IMG/VR virus record: IMGVR_UViG_3300042549_005931
Span: 1-64,000 of that record
DNA length: 64,000 bases
Strand: one strand, 5' to 3'
Position 1 is the first letter of the stretch. The number at the start of each line of letters is the position of its first letter. Below, one piece after another: positions 39,915 through 48,909 of this stretch. A program made the translations under genes and the position numbers. The notes below the pieces were generated by a model. The model did no database searches and had not been told where the DNA came from. It saw nothing but the letters and a program-made list of their open reading frames with translations.

Positions 39915-40946
39915 TTATTTATTTAGAACTTTATCAATATATTCATCAATATCAATCGGTGGTACATCAATATTTTTGGATAGTACTTCTTTTAATTCTT
40001 CTTTAGAACAATTTGACCACAATGCTTCATGTATACTACGCTCATAAAACCAATTGTGTTCTTCTAAATCAGTATAGTCTTTGGATTTTCTACAACCCAA
40101 ACAAAAATCTTCGTTTGGATACATGTAACCGTATTTACAATTTACCAATGAGTTTGTTTTAAAACCACAACCTTTAATGTCTCTTGATGCGGTTTCAAAA
40201 TCATCATCATAATCCCAATGGTCACAATGAACAAAGTTACCAAATTTTAGATATGCGGTACCCAAGTGTTTGTTACCAATTCTTGATGCAATGATTTCAG
40301 CTTGACCCCATAATGGTTTACCTTTCAATTCTTCCGGTTCACCATCCTCACCAATAAACTCTTGCAAGGGGAATATACCACAATCATAGTATTTTTGGTT
40401 TCTTCTAATCGTTGGGTTATTGTTGTATTCTCTATTGTTTAGATAAATGAATTTTTCATCTTCATTCTTTATATTATTTTTTCTCATCCAGTAACCATAC
40501 CCAAATTGTCTATCATCCACATCATGTTGAAATTTTCTTAAATGTATTTGGTCAATTTCTTGATTTGTTTGTAATAGATTTAGACATTCATCTAACCAAT
40601 TTTTATCTATACCACTTAATTGTTCCGGTAATGTAATCCAATCACCTTCTAAAAATAATGAGAACTCAGATAATTTTAACCATTCATTTAAACGATTAAT
40701 ACCATAACCGACACCCATGTTTTTACCTTCACAGAATAAATGAAAGTTAACTTTGTGTGACCATTTTTCAATTACTTCACGCATAGCACCAATAACGGGA
40801 CTATCATAATCACCATTAACATAGATAAACCAATTGGTACCTTCGGGAACATTAGTATTTTCCATAAAGGTATTAATTGTTAATTTCAAAAATTTATCAC
40901 GATTTGGTGCGTCGTGTGTTAATGTTCCAATATTAAAATTATTCAT
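39915..40946 (-). CDS. Putative glycosyltransferase-like protein
   Basis: NMGVGYGIN, LFLEGDW, Cys-rich tail; ATG at 40946 preferred. Confidence 0.55.
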   Translation of the reverse strand: MNNFNIGTLTHDAPNRDKFLKLTINTFMENTNVPEGTNWFIYVNGDYDSPVIGAMREVIEKWSHKVNFHLFCEGKNMGVGYGINRLNEWLKLSEFSLFLEGDWITLPEQLSGIDKNWLDECLNLLQTNQEIDQIHLRKFQHDVDDRQFGYGYWMRKNNIKNEDEKFIYLNNREYNNNPTIRRNQKYYDCGIFPLQEFIGEDGEPEELKGKPLWGQAEIIASRIGNKHLGTAYLKFGNFVHCDHWDYDDDFETASRDIKGCGFKTNSLVNCKYGYMYPNEDFCLGCRKSKDYTDLEEHNWFYERSIHEALWSNCSKEELKEVLSKNIDVPPIDIDEYIDKVLNK

Positions 40947-40950
40947 TTTA

Positions 40951-41535
40951 CTATCTAAATGTAGAACCGCCAACCCACAAGACTAAACTTTTACGAACGC
41001 CTTGGGTCACCGGTGTTATTCTATGTAACATATAACTTGGAAATAAAATTGCACATCCTTTATGTTTTTCTACGTTTTGGATACCTGCACCTGTCCACAA
41101 TTCTAACTCACCACCTTCATAATCCTCGGGATTCGATAGCTGAATGGTTATACTTACTTTTCTATGGTTAATAGGATGTGGACCAATGTCCATATGCCAT
41201 CCATAATGTCCACCATCATCATAATATTCGGTATATTGTATTGAGTCAACTATTGAATGTAAATCAAATTTCCAAACATTATTTGCTTCCAAAATAAACG
41301 ATTGTATTTTATCATATACCCAATGTGATTTATCATCAATATGAATCCATTTAACTTTTGATTTACGAACATTTTTTACTTCATCACCTCCTACAACGGT
41401 AGCTTCTTCATATGGATATAATTCTTTAAGATTATCTATCCATTCCAATTCTTGCTCAGAAAATCCTTCTTTAAAGCAATAGTAATTTGATTGGTCAATC
41501 GTTGAGTCTGTATTGAAAATTGGTTTAATTTGCAT
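40951..41535 (-). CDS. 2OG-Fe(II) oxygenase (PKHD/prolyl-hydroxylase-like)
   Basis: WHMD, RKVSITIQLS..YEGGEL, FPSYMLHRITPVT.G.RKSLVLW. Confidence 0.9.
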   Translation of the reverse strand: MQIKPIFNTDSTIDQSNYYCFKEGFSEQELEWIDNLKELYPYEEATVVGGDEVKNVRKSKVKWIHIDDKSHWVYDKIQSFILEANNVWKFDLHSIVDSIQYTEYYDDGGHYGWHMDIGPHPINHRKVSITIQLSNPEDYEGGELELWTGAGIQNVEKHKGCAILFPSYMLHRITPVTQGVRKSLVLWVGGSTFR

Positions 41536-42172
41536 GATTTATTAATTTTTTTACCACATCTTGAAACGTATCGGATTCTAATTGCATCACATGTTCATAA
41601 TCTTTACTTGTAACACTCAATTCACCAACTGCCTTAAAATTAGTTATGTTATATATTTTTCTTTTATGATAATCTTTATTCCACCAATATAATAAGTCAT
41701 CACCAAAAAATACTTTTAATCCTTTGTCGATAACAATGTAGTTTGATTTTTTGATTATCATCATACAACCAAAACCTAAACTTCTACACGGTGCTTCTTC
41801 AAAAATATAATCATCATTATCGTTATTGTGTTCTTCATAAAAGTTTGCATTTGCATCAAACCCAATAACACCAAAATCTAAATCATTGATTCTTGATAAG
41901 TTGTGATGTAAATTTTTAAAATTAAAACTTATATCATCATTCAATATACATAAAATTTCGTTAGTTGCATACTCAAAACCTAAATTCCACGCAGGATTTA
42001 CAAAAATGTTCTCATCTTGTTTGAATACTTTTATTTGTGGGTCATTAAATGATGAATCTGTGTTATCGATAACAATAAATTCTGAATTTGGAATGTTGGC
42101 TTCTTTAAATAATTCGATATTGTCCAATATCTTATCCGATTTCCACAAAGTTGGGGTTATAAATGTTATCAT
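41525..42172 (-). CDS. GT2-like glycosyltransferase
   Basis: VIDN, VNPAWNLG, ILNDD, FGC, FFGDD. Confidence 0.75.
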   Translation of the reverse strand: MITFITPTLWKSDKILDNIELFKEANIPNSEFIVIDNTDSSFNDPQIKVFKQDENIFVNPAWNLGFEYATNEILCILNDDISFNFKNLHHNLSRINDLDFGVIGFDANANFYEEHNNDNDDYIFEEAPCRSLGFGCMMIIKKSNYIVIDKGLKVFFGDDLLYWWNKDYHKRKIYNITNFKAVGELSVTSKDYEHVMQLESDTFQDVVKKLINHAN

Positions 42173-42229
42173 ATTATCTAATATATAAATTTTATTAATA
42201 ATAAGGTATATTATAACTTAATTATTGTG

Positions 42230-42736
42230 TTAAAAAAATGATTGAAGGGTGATACGTAAATTAGCGTCTAAATTAACTGTGGATACTGAATGGTGTACAC
42301 CACCTGTTTGAATTACACCTAAGTTTCTTTCGGGTTTAATGGCTCTAATTTCATTATTTAACTTATACATAAAATAACCACCCCAATCTGGGTCCCAATA
42401 ATCATTTAAGTATATAGTCAATGCAGATTCTACATGTGAATCATCGTGCCATGGTATATAACTTAATTTAGTCCAAATATATAACATTAATTGTTCAACA
42501 TTTAGTCCTGTTTTAGCATCTATTTCAGCCTTTAATTTGTTATGTAAAGGACTATTCTCATCTATGTCTATTATTAAAACCGGTGTAGTTTGGTTTCTTA
42601 TTTCATCTGGCCAACAGAAATTAGTTCTTCCCAAATATGGATTAGGACTTTTTATAGTTTTTTCCGCAAATGTTTGTACTTCATCAAACAAATCGTTTGA
42701 TAGGAATTCATCATATACTATTATGTTCTTATTCAT
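42230..42736 (-). CDS. 2OG-Fe(II) oxygenase
   Basis: WHDD, TIYLN..WGG, HSVS, RITLQ. Confidence 0.88.
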   Translation of the reverse strand: MNKNIIVYDEFLSNDLFDEVQTFAEKTIKSPNPYLGRTNFCWPDEIRNQTTPVLIIDIDENSPLHNKLKAEIDAKTGLNVEQLMLYIWTKLSYIPWHDDSHVESALTIYLNDYWDPDWGGYFMYKLNNEIRAIKPERNLGVIQTGGVHHSVSTVNLDANLRITLQSFF

Positions 42737-42739
42737 AAT

Positions 42740-43381
42740 TTATGGTTTAGGGGGGTGAAAAAGGAATGGTTTAGGGGTGACAAATAAAAATTTACTTATA
42801 GCATATCTACCATACCCAGAAAATGGTGTGTTGTTTTGTATCATTTTTATAGGATTTACTGAGTGTAGATTATGAGATGGGAATATTACTAATCTATTAT
42901 TTTTATATTCTATTTCTGTTCTTTCATCACCCAACATTAAATTACCACCTTCAAATGATTGTGGAGTTTTATTACACCAATATATACAGGATAAAATGGC
43001 TTGGTCCTTGTGAGGTTTATAATAATCACTATCTTGATAGTAACTAATAAATGTTCGGTCATGTCCCACAAATTTAAAATATTTAAATTCATTGGGTAAA
43101 TCGTCTATAATATCGGATACTTCCTCATTATATATTTTTTCAAAATTATTTAATATGGTTGATGTTTCTCTTTTTTGGTATAAATCATCTAAAAATAAAA
43201 CATTATTTTTCTTTAATGGTATTTTTGTTTCGAGGTCTATTGCACCATTAGATTTTTCAGGAGGTAACATAATTTCCTCTTTAGTTAAAAAATCTAACTC
43301 TAACCAATTCTTTTTTAATTCGTCATCATTAAAAAAATCATCAATAATTAAATAATTGTAAGAACTACTTGTAACTTTCAT
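42740..43381 (-). CDS. 2OG-Fe(II) oxygenase
   Basis: PHKD, FEGGNL, NNRLVIFPS..HSV, GRYAI. Confidence 0.88.
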   Translation of the reverse strand: MKVTSSSYNYLIIDDFFNDDELKKNWLELDFLTKEEIMLPPEKSNGAIDLETKIPLKKNNVLFLDDLYQKRETSTILNNFEKIYNEEVSDIIDDLPNEFKYFKFVGHDRTFISYYQDSDYYKPHKDQAILSCIYWCNKTPQSFEGGNLMLGDERTEIEYKNNRLVIFPSHNLHSVNPIKMIQNNTPFSGYGRYAISKFLFVTPKPFLFHPPKP

Positions 43382-43386
43382 TTTAT

Positions 43387-43950
43387 TTATTTTTTATAAC
43401 AATACCATCCGGTTAGTATGTATTTTGTTTCTGTATTTGAAATAACTCCTCTATGGGTGTGAGTAAAATCGGCTGGCCATATTAGTAATTTACCCACTTC
43501 CGCCTTTTCAATGTGATTTTGATATAAAAACTCGGTACCGCCATCTTTAACATCATTTAAATAAATCATCCACACTAATAATCTATCGATATATTCCTTA
43601 TCTCCATTTCTTTCACAATGCCACCCATAAAATCCTTCTCCTGGTTCGTATTTTTGAAGATTGAATGTTGATAATGAAAATGGATTCATGTGTTTTAAAG
43701 CAGAATACTTTTCTACATATTCGTCTATTCCAATGTTTACTGATTTGACTAATTCATCAAATAAATCATACCATTCAATATAATTTTTTTCACTTTCTAA
43801 TATACCCGGATAAAATAAAATTTCACTCGCTCTTTTAAAGTCTTCAGGTAATTCAGATGATTGTTTTAAATCAGAATGTTCAAATGTGGTGATAAATTCT
43901 TCACATATCTCTTTAGATAAAACATTAGGTTTAGAATATATAAAATCCAT
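43387..43950 (-). CDS. 2OG-Fe(II) oxygenase (HxE type)
   Basis: QKYEPGEGFYGWHCE, YLNDV..GGTEF, WPA.FTHTHRG, KYILTGW. Confidence 0.88.
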   Translation of the reverse strand: MDFIYSKPNVLSKEICEEFITTFEHSDLKQSSELPEDFKRASEILFYPGILESEKNYIEWYDLFDELVKSVNIGIDEYVEKYSALKHMNPFSLSTFNLQKYEPGEGFYGWHCERNGDKEYIDRLLVWMIYLNDVKDGGTEFLYQNHIEKAEVGKLLIWPADFTHTHRGVISNTETKYILTGWYCYKK

Positions 43951-43951
43951 A

Positions 43952-44539
43952 TTATACTTTTAAAGAGTACCAACCCGTTATAATATATTTAGTTTTAGTG
44001 TTACTTATTTGTCCTCGATGATAGTGAGTCCAATCTGTTGGCCATATAAGTAACTTACCAGTTTCCGCCTTTTCAGTATGGTTTTGATACATAAATTCTG
44101 TACCCCCATCATCTAAATCATTTAAATAAACCATAAAAACTAACATTCTAGGTAATGTGGAGACATGTGCTCTCTCACAGTGCCATTGATGAAACCCTTC
44201 ACTAGGTTTGTATTTCTGTATATTATACCCATCTAAAACAAATTTAGACATGTTTTCTAAAGGTTCATAACGTTCAACATAATTATCAATTTCGAATTGT
44301 AATTTGTTTTGAAATTTATTAACTAAACTACCCCATTCTTTTTTATTTTCTTCCTTATCCAAAAAATTGGGCCAAAATGTAACGTCAGTAGACTGTTTTA
44401 TATAATCTACTTCTACAGCTTCACCATATTTTCCGGCAATACATCCTCTAGCACGTAATGGTGATGACTCAAATTTATTGATTAAATCCGCACACATTTC
44501 AGAAGATAAAAAATTGTTTTTTCTATATATAAAATCCAT
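43952..44539 (-). CDS. 2OG-Fe(II) oxygenase (HxE type), paralogue of 43387..43950
   Basis: QKYKPSEGFHQWHCE, YLND..GGTEF, THYHRG, KYIITGW. Confidence 0.88.
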   Translation of the reverse strand: MDFIYRKNNFLSSEMCADLINKFESSPLRARGCIAGKYGEAVEVDYIKQSTDVTFWPNFLDKEENKKEWGSLVNKFQNKLQFEIDNYVERYEPLENMSKFVLDGYNIQKYKPSEGFHQWHCERAHVSTLPRMLVFMVYLNDLDDGGTEFMYQNHTEKAETGKLLIWPTDWTHYHRGQISNTKTKYIITGWYSLKV

Positions 44540-44540
44540 A

Positions 44541-45128
44541 TTATTTAAAAACAGTACCTCCTACCCACAATACTAAACTTTTACGAATACCCTTTGTTAC
44601 TGGTGTTACCCTATGTAAAATATAACTAGGAAATAACACCGCACACCCTTTTTCTTTAGGCATCTTACTTACTTTATTTCCCATCATCAACTCTAAATCA
44701 CCACCCTCATATTCATCGGGGTCAGATAATTGAACTGTTATACTAATTTTTCTTGTATTATAAGGATGTGGTCCAGTATCTACGTGCCAATCATAATGAC
44801 CACCATTTTCGTAGTATTGTGTGTATTGTACTGTATCTAAAATTGATGGTATATCGAATTGCCACATTTCTTTATTGGCCATCATAACAATATTGGATAA
44901 ACGACTATACACCCAATCTGTCTTTTCATCATGGGTTAACCATTTTACATCTGATTTTCGCATCGTATTCTCATCTTCAAACGCACCTGTGGATGCTTTT
45001 TGTATATCGTATAATTTTTGTAAATTATTTAACCATCCTAATTCTTCTTCGGAAAACGAATCGTAATAAGGATAAAACCCCATTGGGTTACTTTGACTAT
45101 GAACGGGAAATACCGGTTTTAAATCCAT
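44541..45128 (-). CDS. 2OG-Fe(II) oxygenase (PKHD-like), paralogue of 40951..41535
   Basis: WHVD, RKISITVQLS..YEGGDL, HRVTPVTKGIRKSLVLW; ATG at 45128 aligns with the paralogue's start. Confidence 0.9.
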   Translation of the reverse strand: MDLKPVFPVHSQSNPMGFYPYYDSFSEEELGWLNNLQKLYDIQKASTGAFEDENTMRKSDVKWLTHDEKTDWVYSRLSNIVMMANKEMWQFDIPSILDTVQYTQYYENGGHYDWHVDTGPHPYNTRKISITVQLSDPDEYEGGDLELMMGNKVSKMPKEKGCAVLFPSYILHRVTPVTKGIRKSLVLWVGGTVFK

Positions 45129-45138
45129 AACTTTTTTT

Positions 45139-45681
45139 TTATAATTCAAACGAAAAACCATATGACAAATTAATTCTTAATTTATCACCTTTAACTACTT
45201 CTGAAGAATGTTCCACTATACCAGCATCACACCTCCATAACATTTTTTCTTCAACTGGAAGTAATTCACCACCATATATTGGTTTACCTCCACCATCGGG
45301 AAACGAAATTAATAAATTATATCTAACAGTATAATATTCACGAAAACTATCATCAATGTGTGGTTCAACATATGAGTCTTCCCCAACAATCCCTATCCAA
45401 TCATAATTTACAGGTGCGTGTAAGGGATTTGTAATGTTTTCTAAATCTAATATTTTATTTCTTATTGCATAAAATATATTTGGTTTTTCATCATTGGGAT
45501 ATAATATTCTAAAATGACGTTTTAATCCTGATTTATATTGGTCTTTTTCTGAATTTACGGGTTGGGAAAAACTCATACCTGTTTGTTCGGATAATACCCA
45601 ATCTCTTAACTCCGATTGTTCATCATCATTAATAAAATCTCTATAACCATAGGTTCCGCCAAAATATACTTTTTCAAACAT
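45139..45681 (-). CDS. 2OG-Fe(II) oxygenase-like protein
   Basis: PHID, YNLLISFPDGGG, EHSS, RINLSYGF. Confidence 0.7.
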   Translation of the reverse strand: MFEKVYFGGTYGYRDFINDDEQSELRDWVLSEQTGMSFSQPVNSEKDQYKSGLKRHFRILYPNDEKPNIFYAIRNKILDLENITNPLHAPVNYDWIGIVGEDSYVEPHIDDSFREYYTVRYNLLISFPDGGGKPIYGGELLPVEEKMLWRCDAGIVEHSSEVVKGDKLRINLSYGFSFEL

Positions 45682-45687
45682 AATTTA

Positions 45688-47310
45688 TTATTTCAAATAT
45701 ATTAAAAAATCTGCGTGGTCTTGTAATATTTTTAAATTTAATAACATATTTCTTTTAAATTTCTCATCGAAAGTAAAAAAATGTTCTCTACGAACGTCAC
45801 TATTAGTGGCTCCATAAAGTTCAAACGCTCTTTCTCTATTAAATAAATGTAACCCATTAGTTATCGCATAAAAACTAGATACATCATACGCGTCATTAAT
45901 TGTTTTTATAAATTTACGTTCCGGCATAGTAATAGAACATTGTTCTAAGTATTTTTCTATGTTTTCTGTAATTTTATTTTTATCTCTAAATGTTTTCCAA
46001 AATTCAGAATCACTACGTTTTGTTAAATAATGTAGGTAAATAAAATCTTTAGTATCATCGTGAAATTTGTTCACTCTCTCATTATATCTATTAATATAAA
46101 ACTCATTGTTTGAAATAGCACCTAAATTATTGGAGATATACTCATTTAATGATGTAGTGATTGTCCAAATTGATGTTGCTTCTAACGGTTCGATAAAACC
46201 GGAAGACAAACCAATAGCTATACAGTTTTTAATCCACGTTTGTTTGTATCGTCCGGCATCATATGTAAATGGATTACCAAATTCGATATCGTTTCCAAAT
46301 CGTTCTTTGATTTCTTCCTTTGCTTGTTCATCTGAAATAAAATCTGAATCAAACACATAACCACAACCAAATCTACCTTCAACCGGTATCTTCCACATCC
46401 ATCCATATTTTAAAGCAATTGATTCTGTATATGGTGGTACATCATTACTTTCATTAGGGATTACAAATGGGATTGCTCGTTTCATTGGTAAACTATCTGA
46501 ATATGATTCCCATTCACCCTTAAAATGTTTACCGATAATTAATCTATTGAACCCACTACAATCAAACACAAAATTACAAGGTAATTTATCACCCCGTTTA
46601 GTTGTAATTTCTTTTATAGAACCATCATTTTCATTACTTATAATTTCATTGAGTTCGGATTCAACATACCTAACTCCACGGTACATAGCATTCTTTTTTA
46701 AAAACTTGGCCAATAATCTAGCGTCAAAATGCATACCAAAACTAGATAATGAATTAAAATGTGTAATTGGGTTTTGGTCTTTATTATCTATATTTACAGA
46801 TGGAATAAAGTTAACTAAATTTCTTTTTGATGCATTAGCACTAAATGAAATATCATCCAATGATTCTCCTTTAGCAATTGAATTTAAAACTAAAGTAGAA
46901 ATCCCACCACCATTTGTTGCATCATTAGTTTCGAATGAATTTACATTTGTGTTTTCAAAAAATGGGTGAAAATATGACGTATCATCACCATTCCAATCGG
47001 TAAATTTAATACCACTTTTGATTGTTCCTTTCGCATATTTTACAATATCTGAAACGGAAATTCCTACACTGTCCATAAAATGAACAAAATGTGGTGTTGT
47101 TCCTTCACCAGCACCTAAAATACCAATTTCAGCACTTGCCAATACGGTAATATTAATCCATGGATAGTTTTTCTTTAAAAATAAAGCAGTCATCCATCCG
47201 GCAGTTCCACCACCTACAATGACAAAATTGAATTTATTTTCTATAACCTTGTCTAACGATTGGTCCATAGGGCCAATAGGACCGATTGGTCCAATTTGTT
47301 CTTCTTCCAT
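45688..47310 (-). CDS. Flavin-dependent halogenase (tryptophan-halogenase family)
   Basis: GGGTAGW, GAGEGT, TIKSGIKF (catalytic Lys position), DCSGF, GWMWKIP, FIEPLEATSI. Confidence 0.9.
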   Translation of the reverse strand: MEEEQIGPIGPIGPMDQSLDKVIENKFNFVIVGGGTAGWMTALFLKKNYPWINITVLASAEIGILGAGEGTTPHFVHFMDSVGISVSDIVKYAKGTIKSGIKFTDWNGDDTSYFHPFFENTNVNSFETNDATNGGGISTLVLNSIAKGESLDDISFSANASKRNLVNFIPSVNIDNKDQNPITHFNSLSSFGMHFDARLLAKFLKKNAMYRGVRYVESELNEIISNENDGSIKEITTKRGDKLPCNFVFDCSGFNRLIIGKHFKGEWESYSDSLPMKRAIPFVIPNESNDVPPYTESIALKYGWMWKIPVEGRFGCGYVFDSDFISDEQAKEEIKERFGNDIEFGNPFTYDAGRYKQTWIKNCIAIGLSSGFIEPLEATSIWTITTSLNEYISNNLGAISNNEFYINRYNERVNKFHDDTKDFIYLHYLTKRSDSEFWKTFRDKNKITENIEKYLEQCSITMPERKFIKTINDAYDVSSFYAITNGLHLFNRERAFELYGATNSDVRREHFFTFDEKFKRNMLLNLKILQDHADFLIYLK

Positions 47311-47326
47311 AATTTTATTTTATTTT

Positions 47327-47860
47327 TTAATTGTTTTCTTGATTATTTTCTTGTTCCAACTGTTGTTTGTATTTTCTATCTAATTCGGTCAAAATTTCGG
47401 GATTATTTTCAACATCTAATATTGTGATTGATGGTGGTGTTTCTTGTAAAACCCATTTGAGTTCGGATTCGTTCCAAATATAAACATAATTATCGGATTC
47501 TAATCCTTCAGGTAATTCTGTTGGCATTGGAACTGGTGGTTTCCATGTAAATGTATCGGGGTCCAATATAAATGATGCGTACGAAACAGGTTTGGCACCA
47601 TAAAAAGCGTCTGCCACCGGGTCATAATATCCACCTATTTTTGCGTAATTTTTTCTAAACGCGGGTTTACCACTTGGAACAAACGTGCCATAGTGATAAT
47701 GAGTACCAGCTCTTGTGTTACACGATGTTTGAATCCACGTTCCCCCTAATCCACAGTCTTCAGCTAAATATTCTTGTCCTCTGTGTTCTTGTTCATCAGG
47801 TACAACTAGTACATTTAATACCTGATTTGTTTCTTCGTCAATTTCTGCAAAATGTGCCAT
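47327..47860 (-). CDS. Phage protein of the type found next to Gly-rich fibre genes
   Basis: MAHFAEID..V..V.VV, WIQTS.NT, FRKNYA.IG..YD...DAF, W.PPVPMP. Confidence 0.7.
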   Translation of the reverse strand: MAHFAEIDEETNQVLNVLVVPDEQEHRGQEYLAEDCGLGGTWIQTSCNTRAGTHYHYGTFVPSGKPAFRKNYAKIGGYYDPVADAFYGAKPVSYASFILDPDTFTWKPPVPMPTELPEGLESDNYVYIWNESELKWVLQETPPSITILDVENNPEILTELDRKYKQQLEQENNQENN

Positions 47861-47864
47861 AATA

Positions 47865-48860
47865 TTATCCTGCGTAAGTTGTAAAGTTAGTTGTTTGATT
47901 TACTTCATGATAGAAATAACCATCCCCACCATTCCATCCACTTCCAGCGTTAAGTCTTTGTGGATTTGGATATCTAAGTCGGATTTGTCCGTTACCTCCT
48001 TTTGACCCATATGCGTAAGTCGAACTGGTTGTTGGGGTTGGGAATCCCCACGCTACGGCCTGTCCTCCACCTCCACCACCGGCACCTTCAGAATCGGCAC
48101 CTTGAGTAGAGAATTGACGACAACATGGGTCACGTCCGTCACCACCTCTACCTCCACCATTTTCACCACCATTAGCACCAGGGTCACCAGACCACGTTCC
48201 ACCACCTCCACCGGCACCATAGGTTCTACCTAAAGCGTTCGCACCATTACCTCCTTTTGTTGGTAATCCCCAACTATTAGTTTGACCAGCTTGACCCATT
48301 CCTCCCCCAGAACCACCAAAGAAATAAAATGCGGTAGTACCACCGTATCCTTGGTTACCGGAACCTCCTGGCATTTCATTATTCGGTGCCCCTGACCCAC
48401 CACCACCACAACCTCCGGGTTGTCCTGAATTGCAAGGGCTAGAATCCGCATTAAGTCCTGAAACACGGCTACCACCGCCTCCTCCACCTTGTCCTGTGTA
48501 TCCTAAAGCATTTGAGTTTCCACCTTGTCCACCATTTCCACCATAATCACTATCACCCGCACCACCACCACCTACGGTAAATGTGTAGTTAACGTTACGA
48601 TACATAGTTACGTTTGTTTGGCCAATCATACCGCCTCCGCCGCCGCCTCCACCATTATAGTATCCACCGCCACCACCTCCACCGACCATAGCCACTTGAG
48701 ATGTCCAATAAAATTGGTATCCATAAAATTCACTGAAAGAATCGGGAGTTCCTTTTCCCGCTGTTGAGCTTAAAGAACGTAATGAATATGAACCATTTAT
48801 TGCAGACAATTCATTACGAATTTGAGATAAGCTGATTGCACCTGAACCTTGTAATGTCAT
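47865..48860 (-). CDS. Glycine-rich putative tail-fibre adhesin
   Basis: N-terminal MTLQGSGAISLSQIRNEL, many polyGly runs, GGNGQIRLRY. Confidence 0.7.
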   Translation of the reverse strand: MTLQGSGAISLSQIRNELSAINGSYSLRSLSSTAGKGTPDSFSEFYGYQFYWTSQVAMVGGGGGGGYYNGGGGGGGGMIGQTNVTMYRNVNYTFTVGGGGAGDSDYGGNGGQGGNSNALGYTGQGGGGGGSRVSGLNADSSPCNSGQPGGCGGGGSGAPNNEMPGGSGNQGYGGTTAFYFFGGSGGGMGQAGQTNSWGLPTKGGNGANALGRTYGAGGGGGTWSGDPGANGGENGGGRGGDGRDPCCRQFSTQGADSEGAGGGGGGQAVAWGFPTPTTSSTYAYGSKGGNGQIRLRYPNPQRLNAGSGWNGGDGYFYHEVNQTTNFTTYAG

Positions 48861-48887
48861 AATTAAAAATTGTTATATAAATCTACA

Positions 48888-48895
48888 TATAAATA
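48888..48895 (-). promoter_or_regulatory. TATTTATA motif upstream of the Gly-rich gene
   Basis: TATAAATA on + strand, 27 nt from ATG 48860. Confidence 0.45.
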
Positions 48896-48909
48896 CAAAG
48901 TTAATAAAA

